Assembly (NCBI GenBank): GCA_041741775.1
Contig: JBGSJQ010000095.1
Location: forward strand, 4,154-68,153
Origin: Terrimicrobiaceae bacterium
GTDB taxonomy: Bacteria > Verrucomicrobiota > Verrucomicrobiia > Chthoniobacterales > Terrimicrobiaceae
Length of the DNA stretch: 64,000 bases
Direction of reading: 5' to 3'
Part shown: positions 8,172-17,024 of the stretch, in pieces
How positions within the stretch are numbered: position 1 is the stretch's first letter
Layout: every line of letters starts with the position of its first letter
Made by a program: the position numbers and the translations under genes
The notes under the pieces: model-generated
What the model was told of the DNA's origin: nothing
The model's database searches: none
What the model saw: the letters and a program-made list of their open reading frames with translations, nothing else

Positions 8172-9008
8172 ATGATGCTTGTCCATATGACAGTTCAGGC
8201 CCATGCCAAAGTCAATCTTGCGCTCCATGTCCTCGGAAAGCGGGCCGATGGATTCCATGATATTGAAACACTGATGGTTCCGATCTCTCTGGCTGATGAG
8301 TTGGAGCTTACTGTTGAAGAGGGAGATGGCGTTGAACTCACCTGCAGCACACCAGGTGTCCCGACCGGGCCGGAGAACCTTGTTTGCCGGGCAGCGGAAA
8401 TTTTCGCACTCCGCACCGGGCTTCATTTTCGCCTCCGAGCCAAATTAACAAAAACGATTCCTCATGGAGCCGGCCTGGGCGGGGGCAGCAGCGATGCGGG
8501 AGCCACTTTGCGTGCTCTGGACATTCTACTCGGCACCCACTGCTCGTCTGCTTGCCTTGTGGCCATGGCAGCGGAAATCGGTTCGGATGTCCCGTTTTTC
8601 ATTGCAGCGAGCCCGGCCTGGTGCCGGGGCCGCGGCGAGCAACTCACTGCCGCCCCTGCTCTGGCCCGCCTGCCGCTGTTTCTTTTCAAGCCCCCCTTCC
8701 CCGTGCCGACCGGCGAGGCCTACAATAGGTGGACATCACATGTCCCACCCCTAACACAAAACCTCCGAGGCATGGAATGGAGGAACGACCTTGAGGAACC
8801 GGTCTTCCGGAAATATCTGCTGCTGCCCGCCATGAAGACATGGCTCACGCGGCAACCGGAAGTGGAAGCCGCCCAGATGTCCGGGTCGGGATCGACAATT
8901 TACGCTCTTCTCAAATCCCCCGCAGGGGACCTGCCTGAGCGGGCCCGCCGGGAATTTGGAGAGACGTGCTGGACTTGCCTCAGCGAAACCCTGGAGTCAG
9001 GGGGCTGA
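8172..9008 (+). CDS. ispE: 4-diphosphocytidyl-2-C-methyl-D-erythritol kinase
   Basis: AKVNLALHVLGKRADGFHDIETL and the GHMP motif PHGAGLGGGSSDAG. Alternative starts at 8175 and 8187. Confidence 0.9.
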   Translation: MMLVHMTVQAHAKVNLALHVLGKRADGFHDIETLMVPISLADELELTVEEGDGVELTCSTPGVPTGPENLVCRAAEIFALRTGLHFRLRAKLTKTIPHGAGLGGGSSDAGATLRALDILLGTHCSSACLVAMAAEIGSDVPFFIAASPAWCRGRGEQLTAAPALARLPLFLFKPPFPVPTGEAYNRWTSHVPPLTQNLRGMEWRNDLEEPVFRKYLLLPAMKTWLTRQPEVEAAQMSGSGSTIYALLKSPAGDLPERARREFGETCWTCLSETLESGG

Positions 9009-9776
9009 GGTCTTTTTCTCGATCAAAGCGTAGGCGTTGTGGTTGTGAATTGATTCAAAGTTTTCTGCCTCAACACGATACCACAAAATATTGTTGTCGG
9101 AATTGCATCGCACGGCGACATTCCGGACCAGATCTTCGACAAAAACCGGGTTGTCATACGCCCTCTCTGTGACGGCTTTTTCGTCCGGTCTCTTCAACAG
9201 GCTGTAGAGTTCGGAACTGGCGGAGTCCTCCACCAAGCGGATCATATCCTCGATCCACATGGGCTTGCGACAGCGCACGGCCAGAGTCACGTGGCCGCGC
9301 TGGTTGTGGGCACCAGCCTGGCTGATCGCTTTGGAACAGGGGCAGAGGGTGGTGACCGGGACAACCACCACAACCACGAAATCCATCTTCCCTTTTTCCA
9401 ATGTTGCACGGAAAGTGGCGGCATAGTCCAGCAACCCCGGGGCACCTGTGACTGGTGCTTTTTTCTCAAGGAAGAAAGGGAACTCAAACTCAAGATGGGC
9501 GCAATCGCTTTCCAAGCGCGCGGTCAACTGCTCCAGAATATCCCGGATATTATCGACATGGATAACTGGACCATGCGACCCCAGCACCTCGACAAACCGG
9601 CTCATGTGCGTCCCTTTAAAATGGTGAGGAAGGTCCACGGTGAGCTGAACCATCGCGATCGTGCTCTGCACAGCGTGGTCTTTGTCGCGGACCTGAACCG
9701 GATACCGAAGCGCCTTCACCCCTACACGGTCGATCGGCATCATCCGGTCGTCCGGCTCACTCTGTGTGTCTTTCAT
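8997..9776 (-). CDS. folE2: GTP cyclohydrolase I type 2 (FolE2/MptA family)
   Basis: 259 aa. IDRVGVKALRYPV...HFKGTHMSRFVE...LCPCSK are typical of the FolE2 (DUF198) family. Confidence 0.85.
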   Translation of the reverse strand: MKDTQSEPDDRMMPIDRVGVKALRYPVQVRDKDHAVQSTIAMVQLTVDLPHHFKGTHMSRFVEVLGSHGPVIHVDNIRDILEQLTARLESDCAHLEFEFPFFLEKKAPVTGAPGLLDYAATFRATLEKGKMDFVVVVVVPVTTLCPCSKAISQAGAHNQRGHVTLAVRCRKPMWIEDMIRLVEDSASSELYSLLKRPDEKAVTERAYDNPVFVEDLVRNVAVRCNSDNNILWYRVEAENFESIHNHNAYALIEKKTSAP

Positions 9777-9858
9777 TTTTTATAGATAATCAAAGTCGGC
9801 TTCCCCGGGAAATCAAAAAGCTGGGATCATCCGCAAGCCTATCGTATAAATCAGCGCC

Positions 9859-10665
9859 ATGAACCTGTTTGATCTGTCGGATGATGTTGCAGTTGTGATT
9901 GGAGCCACCGGGGTGCTTGGTGGAGGGTTGGCGGAAGCTCTGGCCTCGGCAGGAGCTAAGGTTGTCGTCGCGGGCCGGAATGCCACTCGTGGTAATGAGC
10001 GGATTCAAGCCATCACCGAAGCAGGCGGACAGGCGGTGTTCCTTGAAGCTGACGCCTCTTCCAAACCAAGCCTTCAGACTCTCCTGGAGAAAACCCAGGC
10101 CGCCTTTGGCACGCCAACAGTGCTTGTCAATGCCGCCGGCGGAAATGATCCCAAGGTGACTGTGACCCCGGAGAATGCGTTTGAAAACATCTCGACTGCC
10201 GACTGGACCGCGAACTTCGACCTCAACCTCGTCGGCGGAGCACTTCTCCCCTGCCAGGTTTTCGGGCCGGCGATGGTCGCCGCCCGACAGGGAAGCATCA
10301 TCAATATCGCCAGCGTCTCGGCTCACCTGCCGCTCTCCCGGGTCGTGGCCTACTCCGCCGCCAAGGCTGCCGTCCTTAACCTCACGCAATTCCTCGCCCG
10401 CGAGTGGGCGCCCAATGGGGTCCGGGTGAATTCGATCACGCCCGGATTTTTCCCTGCCGAGCAGAACCGCAAGCTCCTGTTCCAGGAAGACGGATCCCCC
10501 ACCCCTCGCGCGGCATCCATCCTTTCCCACACACCCATGGCCCGCTTTGGAGCCGCCTCAGAACTTTCGGGGGCCGCCGTCTTTCTCGCCAGCTCGCACG
10601 CCAGCTCGTTTGTCACCGGCATCGACCTCCGGGTGGACGGCGGATTTCTTTCCCAGACGATCTAA
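9859..10665 (+). CDS. SDR family NAD(P)-dependent oxidoreductase
   Basis: VVIGATGVLGGG Rossmann motif, NAAG, and the YSAAKAA catalytic Y-x3-K. 268 aa. Confidence 0.85.
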   Translation: MNLFDLSDDVAVVIGATGVLGGGLAEALASAGAKVVVAGRNATRGNERIQAITEAGGQAVFLEADASSKPSLQTLLEKTQAAFGTPTVLVNAAGGNDPKVTVTPENAFENISTADWTANFDLNLVGGALLPCQVFGPAMVAARQGSIINIASVSAHLPLSRVVAYSAAKAAVLNLTQFLAREWAPNGVRVNSITPGFFPAEQNRKLLFQEDGSPTPRAASILSHTPMARFGAASELSGAAVFLASSHASSFVTGIDLRVDGGFLSQTI

Positions 10666-10668
10666 GTT

Positions 10669-10684
10669 TGTTCCACGTGGAACA
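10669..10684. promoter_or_regulatory. parS-type ParB binding site, perfect 16-bp palindrome TGTTCCACGTGGAACA
   Basis: Read directly. The palindrome extends to 20 bp (TTTGTTCCACGTGGAACAAA, 10667-10686), 4 nt after the SDR stop. It matches the chromosomal parS consensus tGTTNCACGTGNAACa. Confidence 0.75.
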
Positions 10685-10750
10685 AAGCCTGGCAGCCGCA
10701 GCTCACAAGCCTGTCGAGGATGGCAGCCTGAGCGCATACAAAAGCAAAAT

Positions 10751-10766
10751 TGTTCCACATGGAACA
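10751..10766. promoter_or_regulatory. Second parS-like site TGTTCCACATGGAACA (one central mismatch)
   Basis: Read directly, 82 bp downstream of the first site in the same convergent intergenic region. Confidence 0.55.
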
Positions 10767-10808
10767 TTATTAGCTTTTTCCTCGCTGCGATTGGAGTGGG
10801 ACTACACC

Positions 10809-11891
10809 TTAGGGCAACCCGGCCAGAAAGGCGTCTGTCTCGCGGTGGTTATCATGGAGTTCCGCAACAAAGCGCTCGCACTCCCCTTGCTGTGCAGTTA
10901 GTGTATCAGGCGCGGCCAGCATCCCGTTCGCTGCAGTGACAAGGTGTTCGAATGACCCTGCAGCAAAAGATCCGAGGCCATAAGTTTCAAAAAGATGGTC
11001 GGGGTTCACATCGAGCGAGAGGAGTGCGGCCGCCCCGAGACCTGATTGGATGAAGCTGTTCGGCCAACCCTCCCATTCGGAGGTATTGACGAAAATGCGG
11101 GCGGCGTCATAAACTCCCTGGATCTCGTGATAGGGAACGCGTTCAACAAAGGTGAGGTTCGGGATTTCCCGGGCTCGATTCGCGACGGATTCCCAAAGGC
11201 TGACATCTTCTCGTGGGCAGACCATGTGGCACTTGGCCTGGGGAAGCCGTTCGGCGAGGTCAAGGAAGAGATGGGGGCGTTTGATGGGTTGGCAGCGGGA
11301 GACCCAAAGGAGGTCGATCGTCTTTCTGGCTGTGCGGGGCGTGGCGCGGGGAAGGATCAGATTGCGGTAGAACCCGCAAGTCATCCCGGAACGGCTGAAG
11401 TGTTCATATTGGTCGCTGGTCATGGCGAAGCGGACATCGCATCGGCGCATCGCATACTCGAAGAGCGCACCGCGGAGAGGGTTCTCCTTTCGGAATCCCC
11501 CATTAACCTCGGTGTCCAGCCCGCAGATGAACCCCAAGCGGTATCCGGCCAGTGGCTTCATGAGGTGCAAAAGGAATAGCCATGTCGTCCACCCAAGCAG
11601 AAAAACCCAGTCGGGCTTTTCCTCGCGAAGGATCCGGGCGGCTCGCGGAAGCGCCATCGCCGTATCCACAAGCCCGCCGGTTTGGAATTTCCCAGCATTC
11701 CTAATGCGGACCCCATCATGGATCGCCCCGTCGATCTGCCCGGTATCCCCAGCTGCAATGACGACATCATGACCGCGCGCAGCCAATTCCCTGGCGAGGA
11801 GGGCGATTTGGAGTTCGGCGCCCCCCGAGACGCGGGAGGTACTTTTTTCAAGAACCAGGTGCGCATGGCTGGAATGGAAGAGGATTTTCAA
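10809..11891 (-). CDS. Glycosyltransferase family 4
   Basis: MKILFHSS...GGAELQIALLARELAARGHDV N-terminus and a C-terminal E-x7-E-like SEWEGWPNSFIQS. Confidence 0.85.
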   Translation of the reverse strand: MKILFHSSHAHLVLEKSTSRVSGGAELQIALLARELAARGHDVVIAAGDTGQIDGAIHDGVRIRNAGKFQTGGLVDTAMALPRAARILREEKPDWVFLLGWTTWLFLLHLMKPLAGYRLGFICGLDTEVNGGFRKENPLRGALFEYAMRRCDVRFAMTSDQYEHFSRSGMTCGFYRNLILPRATPRTARKTIDLLWVSRCQPIKRPHLFLDLAERLPQAKCHMVCPREDVSLWESVANRAREIPNLTFVERVPYHEIQGVYDAARIFVNTSEWEGWPNSFIQSGLGAAALLSLDVNPDHLFETYGLGSFAAGSFEHLVTAANGMLAAPDTLTAQQGECERFVAELHDNHRETDAFLAGLP

Positions 11892-12044
11892 TTTTGTGAA
11901 ACTTTTCAGAGCAGCGAGCGAGAGATAGGATTCCGACCTGCGAAAAAGATTTTTTCATCATGCAGCAGCGGCGGGAAAGAAATATGTAAATAACTTATAG
12001 TTAACATATTACAACATATATTCAAAAAATCACCAAGAGCGTGA

Positions 12045-12533
12045 TTAGCCTCTTTTTAGGATTTTTGCTGGGTTGCCTGCGACCACACAATCATCGTCAA
12101 CACCTTCCAGCACGACGGATCCGGCTCCGACAGTCGCGCCATTCCCAACACGGATCGCACCAAGAATGATTGCGCCGGCACCTATTTCCACGCGGTTCCC
12201 AAGAATAGGGCAGCGCCCACCGGCGTGGCGCTCCCCAATTGTCACGGCCTGGCGGAGCACGCAGCCCCCTCCGATCACGACATCGCGATGGATGACGATT
12301 CCCACGCCGTGCCGGATACAAAGACCGGGGCCGACGGTTGTTTGATAATCCAATTCAATGCCCAGCAGCCAGTGCACGATAAAAACATAAGCGGCGAGCC
12401 ATGGAGCCCCCACCAGCCAGAGGCCATGTGGCAAGCGACGAACAAGCTGGCACGTCCGGAAAAAGAGCATGACAAAACGCCCCTTCGGACTTCCCAGGTT
12501 GGCTTTCCAGTCTTGGAAAATGTCGGCGATCAT
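12045..12533 (-). CDS. Hexapeptide-repeat O-acetyltransferase (serine acetyltransferase/WcaB-like)
   Basis: Left-handed beta-helix repeats (IGERHAGGRCPILGNRVEIGAGAIILGAIRVGNGATVGAGSVV). I chose the internal ATG at 12533 because it forms an ATGA overlap with the upstream stop. The ORF track start is 12602. Confidence 0.8.
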   Translation of the reverse strand: MIADIFQDWKANLGSPKGRFVMLFFRTCQLVRRLPHGLWLVGAPWLAAYVFIVHWLLGIELDYQTTVGPGLCIRHGVGIVIHRDVVIGGGCVLRQAVTIGERHAGGRCPILGNRVEIGAGAIILGAIRVGNGATVGAGSVVLEGVDDDCVVAGNPAKILKRG

Positions 12534-13564
12534 CGGGAAGAAAAGATAGGCCGCTGTCTTCGCATGCTCCAGACCCTGTCCCAAACGGCCTGAAAAGTCC
12601 ACAAGGGGTCAGTGGCCATGGCGCGAAACATTGCTCGGCAGGCTGCGGCACGGCTGAGGAACGCCATTGCTCCGGCCGCTTGCAGCCACTGCACAGCCTC
12701 GGCTTGGCGGATTTCCGTGCGCGATGGGTTCAACACCAGCCAGTCTTTCCGTGCGCTGGCGTGAAGGATTGAAAACTCCCGGAATTCCGCGGGCTGGAGG
12801 CCTTGACGAAAATTTTCCAGCATGGCTGAGGTTGCTTTTGAGGGAGGCGCACCGGCGAAATTTTTTCGCCAGGCGGAGCCCGCTGCGACTTGTCCCTCGC
12901 GCTGGGTCGACTCCGAAAATTGGTGGGAGAGTGAATCGCGGCGGTTGCGATAACAAACGAGCCGCTCTGGTAAATTCCCGGCCCGGCCTTGATCCACCAA
13001 GCGTGCCCAGAGCTCCCAGTCCTGACAAATCCGGAAATCCCCGCAATACCTTACCAGCGTCCCGTCAGGTATCTCCCTCCGGAAAAAGACGCCCGTATGG
13101 ATAAATGGATTCTGAAACGGCATCGACCAACGGATGCCGTCATCCGAAAGTGGCACATGAATCAACCCACCATAAGCGCCCCGCTCATCAATGATCCAGC
13201 CGTTAACCCCCAGCAGAACGAGGTCAGGGAATTTTTCCACATGGGCTGACTGAGCTGCGAGCCGACCCGGCAAGGAGAGATCATCCGCATCCTGTCTCGC
13301 AATCCATTGCCCGCGCGCCTCGCTCAACCCTTGGTTGAGGCAAGCGGTTTGGCCGGAATTGGTTTTGTTGCAAAACAGCCGGATCCTCTGGTCGCTCGCT
13401 GCAAATTGCCTCAGAACAGCATCGCTTCCATCAGTCGAAGCATCATCAACAATGACAAACTCAAAGTCTTCCAGTGACTGACGCAGGATGCTTTCAATGG
13501 CAGCCGCAAGAAACCCCCCGCCATTAAAAACCGTCATAAGGACACTGACTTGCGGGGCGCTCAT
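12530..13564 (-). CDS. Glycosyltransferase family 2
   Basis: VSVLMTVFNGGGFLAAAIESILRQSLEDFEFVIVDDASTDGS is the classic GT2 N-terminus. Confidence 0.9.
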   Translation of the reverse strand: MSAPQVSVLMTVFNGGGFLAAAIESILRQSLEDFEFVIVDDASTDGSDAVLRQFAASDQRIRLFCNKTNSGQTACLNQGLSEARGQWIARQDADDLSLPGRLAAQSAHVEKFPDLVLLGVNGWIIDERGAYGGLIHVPLSDDGIRWSMPFQNPFIHTGVFFRREIPDGTLVRYCGDFRICQDWELWARLVDQGRAGNLPERLVCYRNRRDSLSHQFSESTQREGQVAAGSAWRKNFAGAPPSKATSAMLENFRQGLQPAEFREFSILHASARKDWLVLNPSRTEIRQAEAVQWLQAAGAMAFLSRAAACRAMFRAMATDPLWTFQAVWDRVWSMRRQRPIFSSR

Positions 13565-13720
13565 TCCAAGGAGGGGATTTTAAAACTAAACCGGGCTGCG
13601 GTGTTGATTCCGTAAAAACCCGCGCCCGCCGGGAAGCCAGAGCGATGATAGGTGCTCTCTGAGGATGGTTGTCGTGTGCGTCCAAGCATGGCAATTCATG
13701 CACTTGATAGGGAATGTGGG

Positions 13721-14863
13721 TCAGGAGGCAAGCGTCCGTCGGAAAACCTCTTCGTGCCGGTCAAGCCAGCGATCCACTCCTAGCTCACGGACGGCATGTT
13801 CCCTTGCTGCGACGGCCATGGCAGAGTGGTGGCACATCGTGTGCTCGATGGCATCTGCAAGGTCGATTGGATCGCCCGCGAGATCGTGGGTCCAACTTTC
13901 CTGGACAGGGGCAAGGACACCGCATTCGCGGGGCACAAGTTCTTGCAGCCCACCGCTCCTCGTGGCAACAACCGGAACTCCGCAGGCCATCGCCTCAATC
14001 GGCACGGTGGGGCAGGGGTCGTTGAATTTGGTATGTAGAAGAACATGGGCGCTGCGGTAAATTCCAGGCGCCTCGCTTTGCCGAAAGGGTGGAAGGATGG
14101 TCACATGGGATTCAACCCCGCGCATTTCATGCGCGACCTGCGCTTGGGCTCCACGCCAGCGAAACTCCCCTGCAATGATCAGTTTGGCGCTGCGATTTCG
14201 TTTGAGAAGGACGCGCAGCGTGTCGATGGCGGATTTCGTGCGATAGAAGGCATGGCTTGTCCCGGCGGCGAGGATCTGCCAGGTCGCCTCATCCGGCCGC
14301 GTGGCGGCCGGAGAAAAAACGCCGATATCCACGGGATTCAGACAAATTTCCGAAGGGGCCGACGATGGTCCAAGATACCTCTCGGCACCGTCGCGAGAAA
14401 AAGCGCTCTGGTTAACAATATAATCCGCCTGGGAGCGAAGCCAGGCCATGCGCCTGTTGAGCCAAGGATAAGCGTCGCCGTAGCAACCCGGATACGCGAC
14501 CCCGTTTTGATTCCAGATCACCCTCGCTCCGCGCGATTTTGCCGCCGCAACAATTTCCTCCGCATGCGGAGGCAGTGCGCTGCTCACAAGATAAACAAGG
14601 TTGAAATCCAGAAACGCTTCGGGAAACCGCTCTTTCAGCGGAATGAGTTTAATCTCTCCGCCAATCGGCAATCCAGTTTGTCCGCGGCAGGGATCAAGGC
14701 GGCCATAATTGACCTTTGGCGCATCGCCCCCGCAGTTGACCAATCGGGCATTTCGGCGCACGGCCATGCGCGCGGTGGCATGTCGCAGGCAGGAGGTCGC
14801 CTCCCGCAGGGGGAAAATAACCTTCGCGGCAAGGCCGACCGGCTCGACAATACGCGTGATCAT
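13721..14863 (-). CDS. Glycosyltransferase family 4
   Basis: C-terminal DPCPTVPIEAMACGVPVVATRSGGLQELV (GT-B, GT4-type). Confidence 0.85.
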   Translation of the reverse strand: MITRIVEPVGLAAKVIFPLREATSCLRHATARMAVRRNARLVNCGGDAPKVNYGRLDPCRGQTGLPIGGEIKLIPLKERFPEAFLDFNLVYLVSSALPPHAEEIVAAAKSRGARVIWNQNGVAYPGCYGDAYPWLNRRMAWLRSQADYIVNQSAFSRDGAERYLGPSSAPSEICLNPVDIGVFSPAATRPDEATWQILAAGTSHAFYRTKSAIDTLRVLLKRNRSAKLIIAGEFRWRGAQAQVAHEMRGVESHVTILPPFRQSEAPGIYRSAHVLLHTKFNDPCPTVPIEAMACGVPVVATRSGGLQELVPRECGVLAPVQESWTHDLAGDPIDLADAIEHTMCHHSAMAVAAREHAVRELGVDRWLDRHEEVFRRTLAS

Positions 14864-16092
14864 TGGCGCTGGATCTCGTTTTCTGCGCGGGCAATCTCTA
14901 TGGCGCGCTGGAGGACATGGACATTTGTTGTCCCACCCTTTAATGCCACCTCCATAGCGGTCGCAACTCCGGAATGAATTTCAAACGGAAACCGAAACGA
15001 TTGGTGCGCCCGGGCCATGCCGGCAAAAACCATGGAAGAGAGGCATCGCAGCGGAGGTTCGGACTCCGTAGAAAAGCCGTCGTAAGCCGTCAGCAGGGCG
15101 GCAGCCAGGGCCTCGGAAGAGTGCGAACGCAGGGCTTGGGCACGAAGGGCTGAGAAATCCGGTTTTCCTTCCGCCACCCGAGCCAGCAATGCGGCCCCTT
15201 CGACGGGGGTTTCATAGAGCCAGCCCTCCAACAAATCCGCAGCCATGCCGACCCGGGTTGATATCACGGGCCGCCCGGCAAAGAGCCCTTCGAGAACGGA
15301 ATAGGGACCACCTTCCCACCGGGAGGAAATCAGCACGGCATCCAGCGCTCCGTACAAACGGTTCAAATCGCCGCGCGGGAGAATGTTTACCCCAAAGTCA
15401 TCTCCTTGGAGAACCCGGCCAGAAAAGACGAATGGGATGTTGCGATATGTGAGTGCGGCCCGGAGCCAATGGCGTCGTGGCCCGGCCAGAAGGACCTTGA
15501 GCCTCGGGATGAGCTTCCGGGCTTCCTCCACGACTTCCACAAAGCGATCCGGACCCTTTTGGGCCTTCGGGAGCGAGACATCGCGCTCGAGCGAGTCGCG
15601 GTGGAAATTTCCCACGACAAAATCTCCGTCAGAAATCCCCAACTGTCGGCGGACAGCCGCGCGCTCGGCAGGCGGAAGCGGATGGCAAACCTCCGGGTCA
15701 ACAGTGTAGGGGGCGATGGCTGCCGGCAGGCCCAGCTCCAGGAATTGGCCCGCGGCCTCGCGTGAGCGTGCAATCCACAAGTCCACCCGCGAAGCCGCCT
15801 GTTCAAATCCGGGTCTCGTGAGGTAAAAGGCTGGGGGGTTATCAGCAAAACACAGGATCGACTTGCCCTCCAGCGCCCGCGAGCCAGCCTGGAGCAATGG
15901 GGGCCACCAGGCCGAGTGGAGGACGCGTGATCGCGCGAACGAACCTGCGGTGATCCGATCCCCCAAAGCCGCGCGCGCACGGTCCAAGTCTTCATCCAAC
16001 GCCCAACCGATCCCCTGCGCCCCAAAAAAATGGATGAGTGGTTTCAAGGGGAGCAGACAAGTTGTTGAACGATCCGGCGATAGGCCGCACAC
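14860..16092 (-). CDS. Glycosyltransferase family 4
   Basis: SSRWEGGPYSVLEGLFAGRPVISTRVGMAADLL. An alternative TTG start at 16047 (LKPLIHFFG...) would give a TTGA overlap with the upstream stop at 16044-16046. Confidence 0.8.
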   Translation of the reverse strand: MCGLSPDRSTTCLLPLKPLIHFFGAQGIGWALDEDLDRARAALGDRITAGSFARSRVLHSAWWPPLLQAGSRALEGKSILCFADNPPAFYLTRPGFEQAASRVDLWIARSREAAGQFLELGLPAAIAPYTVDPEVCHPLPPAERAAVRRQLGISDGDFVVGNFHRDSLERDVSLPKAQKGPDRFVEVVEEARKLIPRLKVLLAGPRRHWLRAALTYRNIPFVFSGRVLQGDDFGVNILPRGDLNRLYGALDAVLISSRWEGGPYSVLEGLFAGRPVISTRVGMAADLLEGWLYETPVEGAALLARVAEGKPDFSALRAQALRSHSSEALAAALLTAYDGFSTESEPPLRCLSSMVFAGMARAHQSFRFPFEIHSGVATAMEVALKGGTTNVHVLQRAIEIARAENEIQRQ

Positions 16093-17024
16093 ATCAGGTC
16101 GCCAGATGGGGCTGAACGCAGAACCTCCGCCCGAAGTCCGGCATAACCTACCCGCATCGCGTCAAGGGCTCCGGAAAAATCCTCTTCCAGCAAAACCCCG
16201 AATCTCTTCCCGAGTTCGACGGTTCCCCCGGTGTCGGCGGTGTAAAGGAGCGGCAGTCCGCATTGCATGGCTTCCACCGGATGCATGGCTCCTGGCTCGT
16301 TCCGCGAGGCGGTTACCGCCACATGGCATTGCCGCAGCACCTCCGCGAGCCGCTTCCCCGCCCTCGCGGGAAATGTCCGGGCCGCCTGCCAGCGGATGGA
16401 CTCCGGCCAGCGGCCGACAATCCAAAGCTCGACCCCGGGCAGCCGCCCGTCTGCAATCGCCGCATCCAGGGCTTCATACACGGGGAACCCCTTGGCCGGG
16501 TTGTCCGACCAATGGTGGGTGACCAACCGGATCGGATCACCGGGCTTCCAAATGTTCCCACCGAACGGATGGAAAACCGCCGGATCGGCTCCGTTGTGAA
16601 TCACGCTGTGCGGCCGTGCAGTATCGAACCAACGCTCCGCGTGGTAGTCGCGAAGCCACTCCGATACAAACACCGTGTGGTCGGCCGCGCGGTTGCAGGC
16701 GGCCAGGTGGGCGTCCATCTTGTCTGTGCCCTTGCGGATGTCGTTGTCATTGATCCGCTGGATGCACCGCAAGCGCGGGTTCATTTGCTTGGCCCGAAGC
16801 ACATCGTCGTAAGAAAATGAAAGCCCGCCACTGAGCCCGGCATGCGTCCCCAGCACGCAGTCGACGCCGTCACCCAGGCGGGACATCGTCCGGAACCCGC
16901 ACCGCTCGAGATACGGCCCGACCTGCCCCAACCACTGGTTTCCCCCGCCATAGGGCCCACGTTTCCAGCGCATGTTGAAGGCGACACGGACAAGCGCTTT
17001 CGTTGGGAAAAGTTCAAATTTCAT
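16044..17024 (-). CDS. Glycosyltransferase family 4-like
   Basis: Internal ATG at 17024 (MKFELFPTKA...) forms an ATGA overlap with the upstream stop. The C-terminus reads SRNEPGAMHPVEAMQCGLPLLYTADTGG. Confidence 0.8.
   Translation of the reverse strand: MKFELFPTKALVRVAFNMRWKRGPYGGGNQWLGQVGPYLERCGFRTMSRLGDGVDCVLGTHAGLSGGLSFSYDDVLRAKQMNPRLRCIQRINDNDIRKGTDKMDAHLAACNRAADHTVFVSEWLRDYHAERWFDTARPHSVIHNGADPAVFHPFGGNIWKPGDPIRLVTHHWSDNPAKGFPVYEALDAAIADGRLPGVELWIVGRWPESIRWQAARTFPARAGKRLAEVLRQCHVAVTASRNEPGAMHPVEAMQCGLPLLYTADTGGTVELGKRFGVLLEEDFSGALDAMRVGYAGLRAEVLRSAPSGDLMCAAYRRIVQQLVCSP

Noticed and set aside
8166-8426. N-terminal extension of pyrF (321-aa ORF)
   Set aside because: The extension overlaps the well-conserved N-terminus of ispE on the opposite strand and shows no PyrF similarity. 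MSVPAKEKIIVAID is a typical PyrF start.
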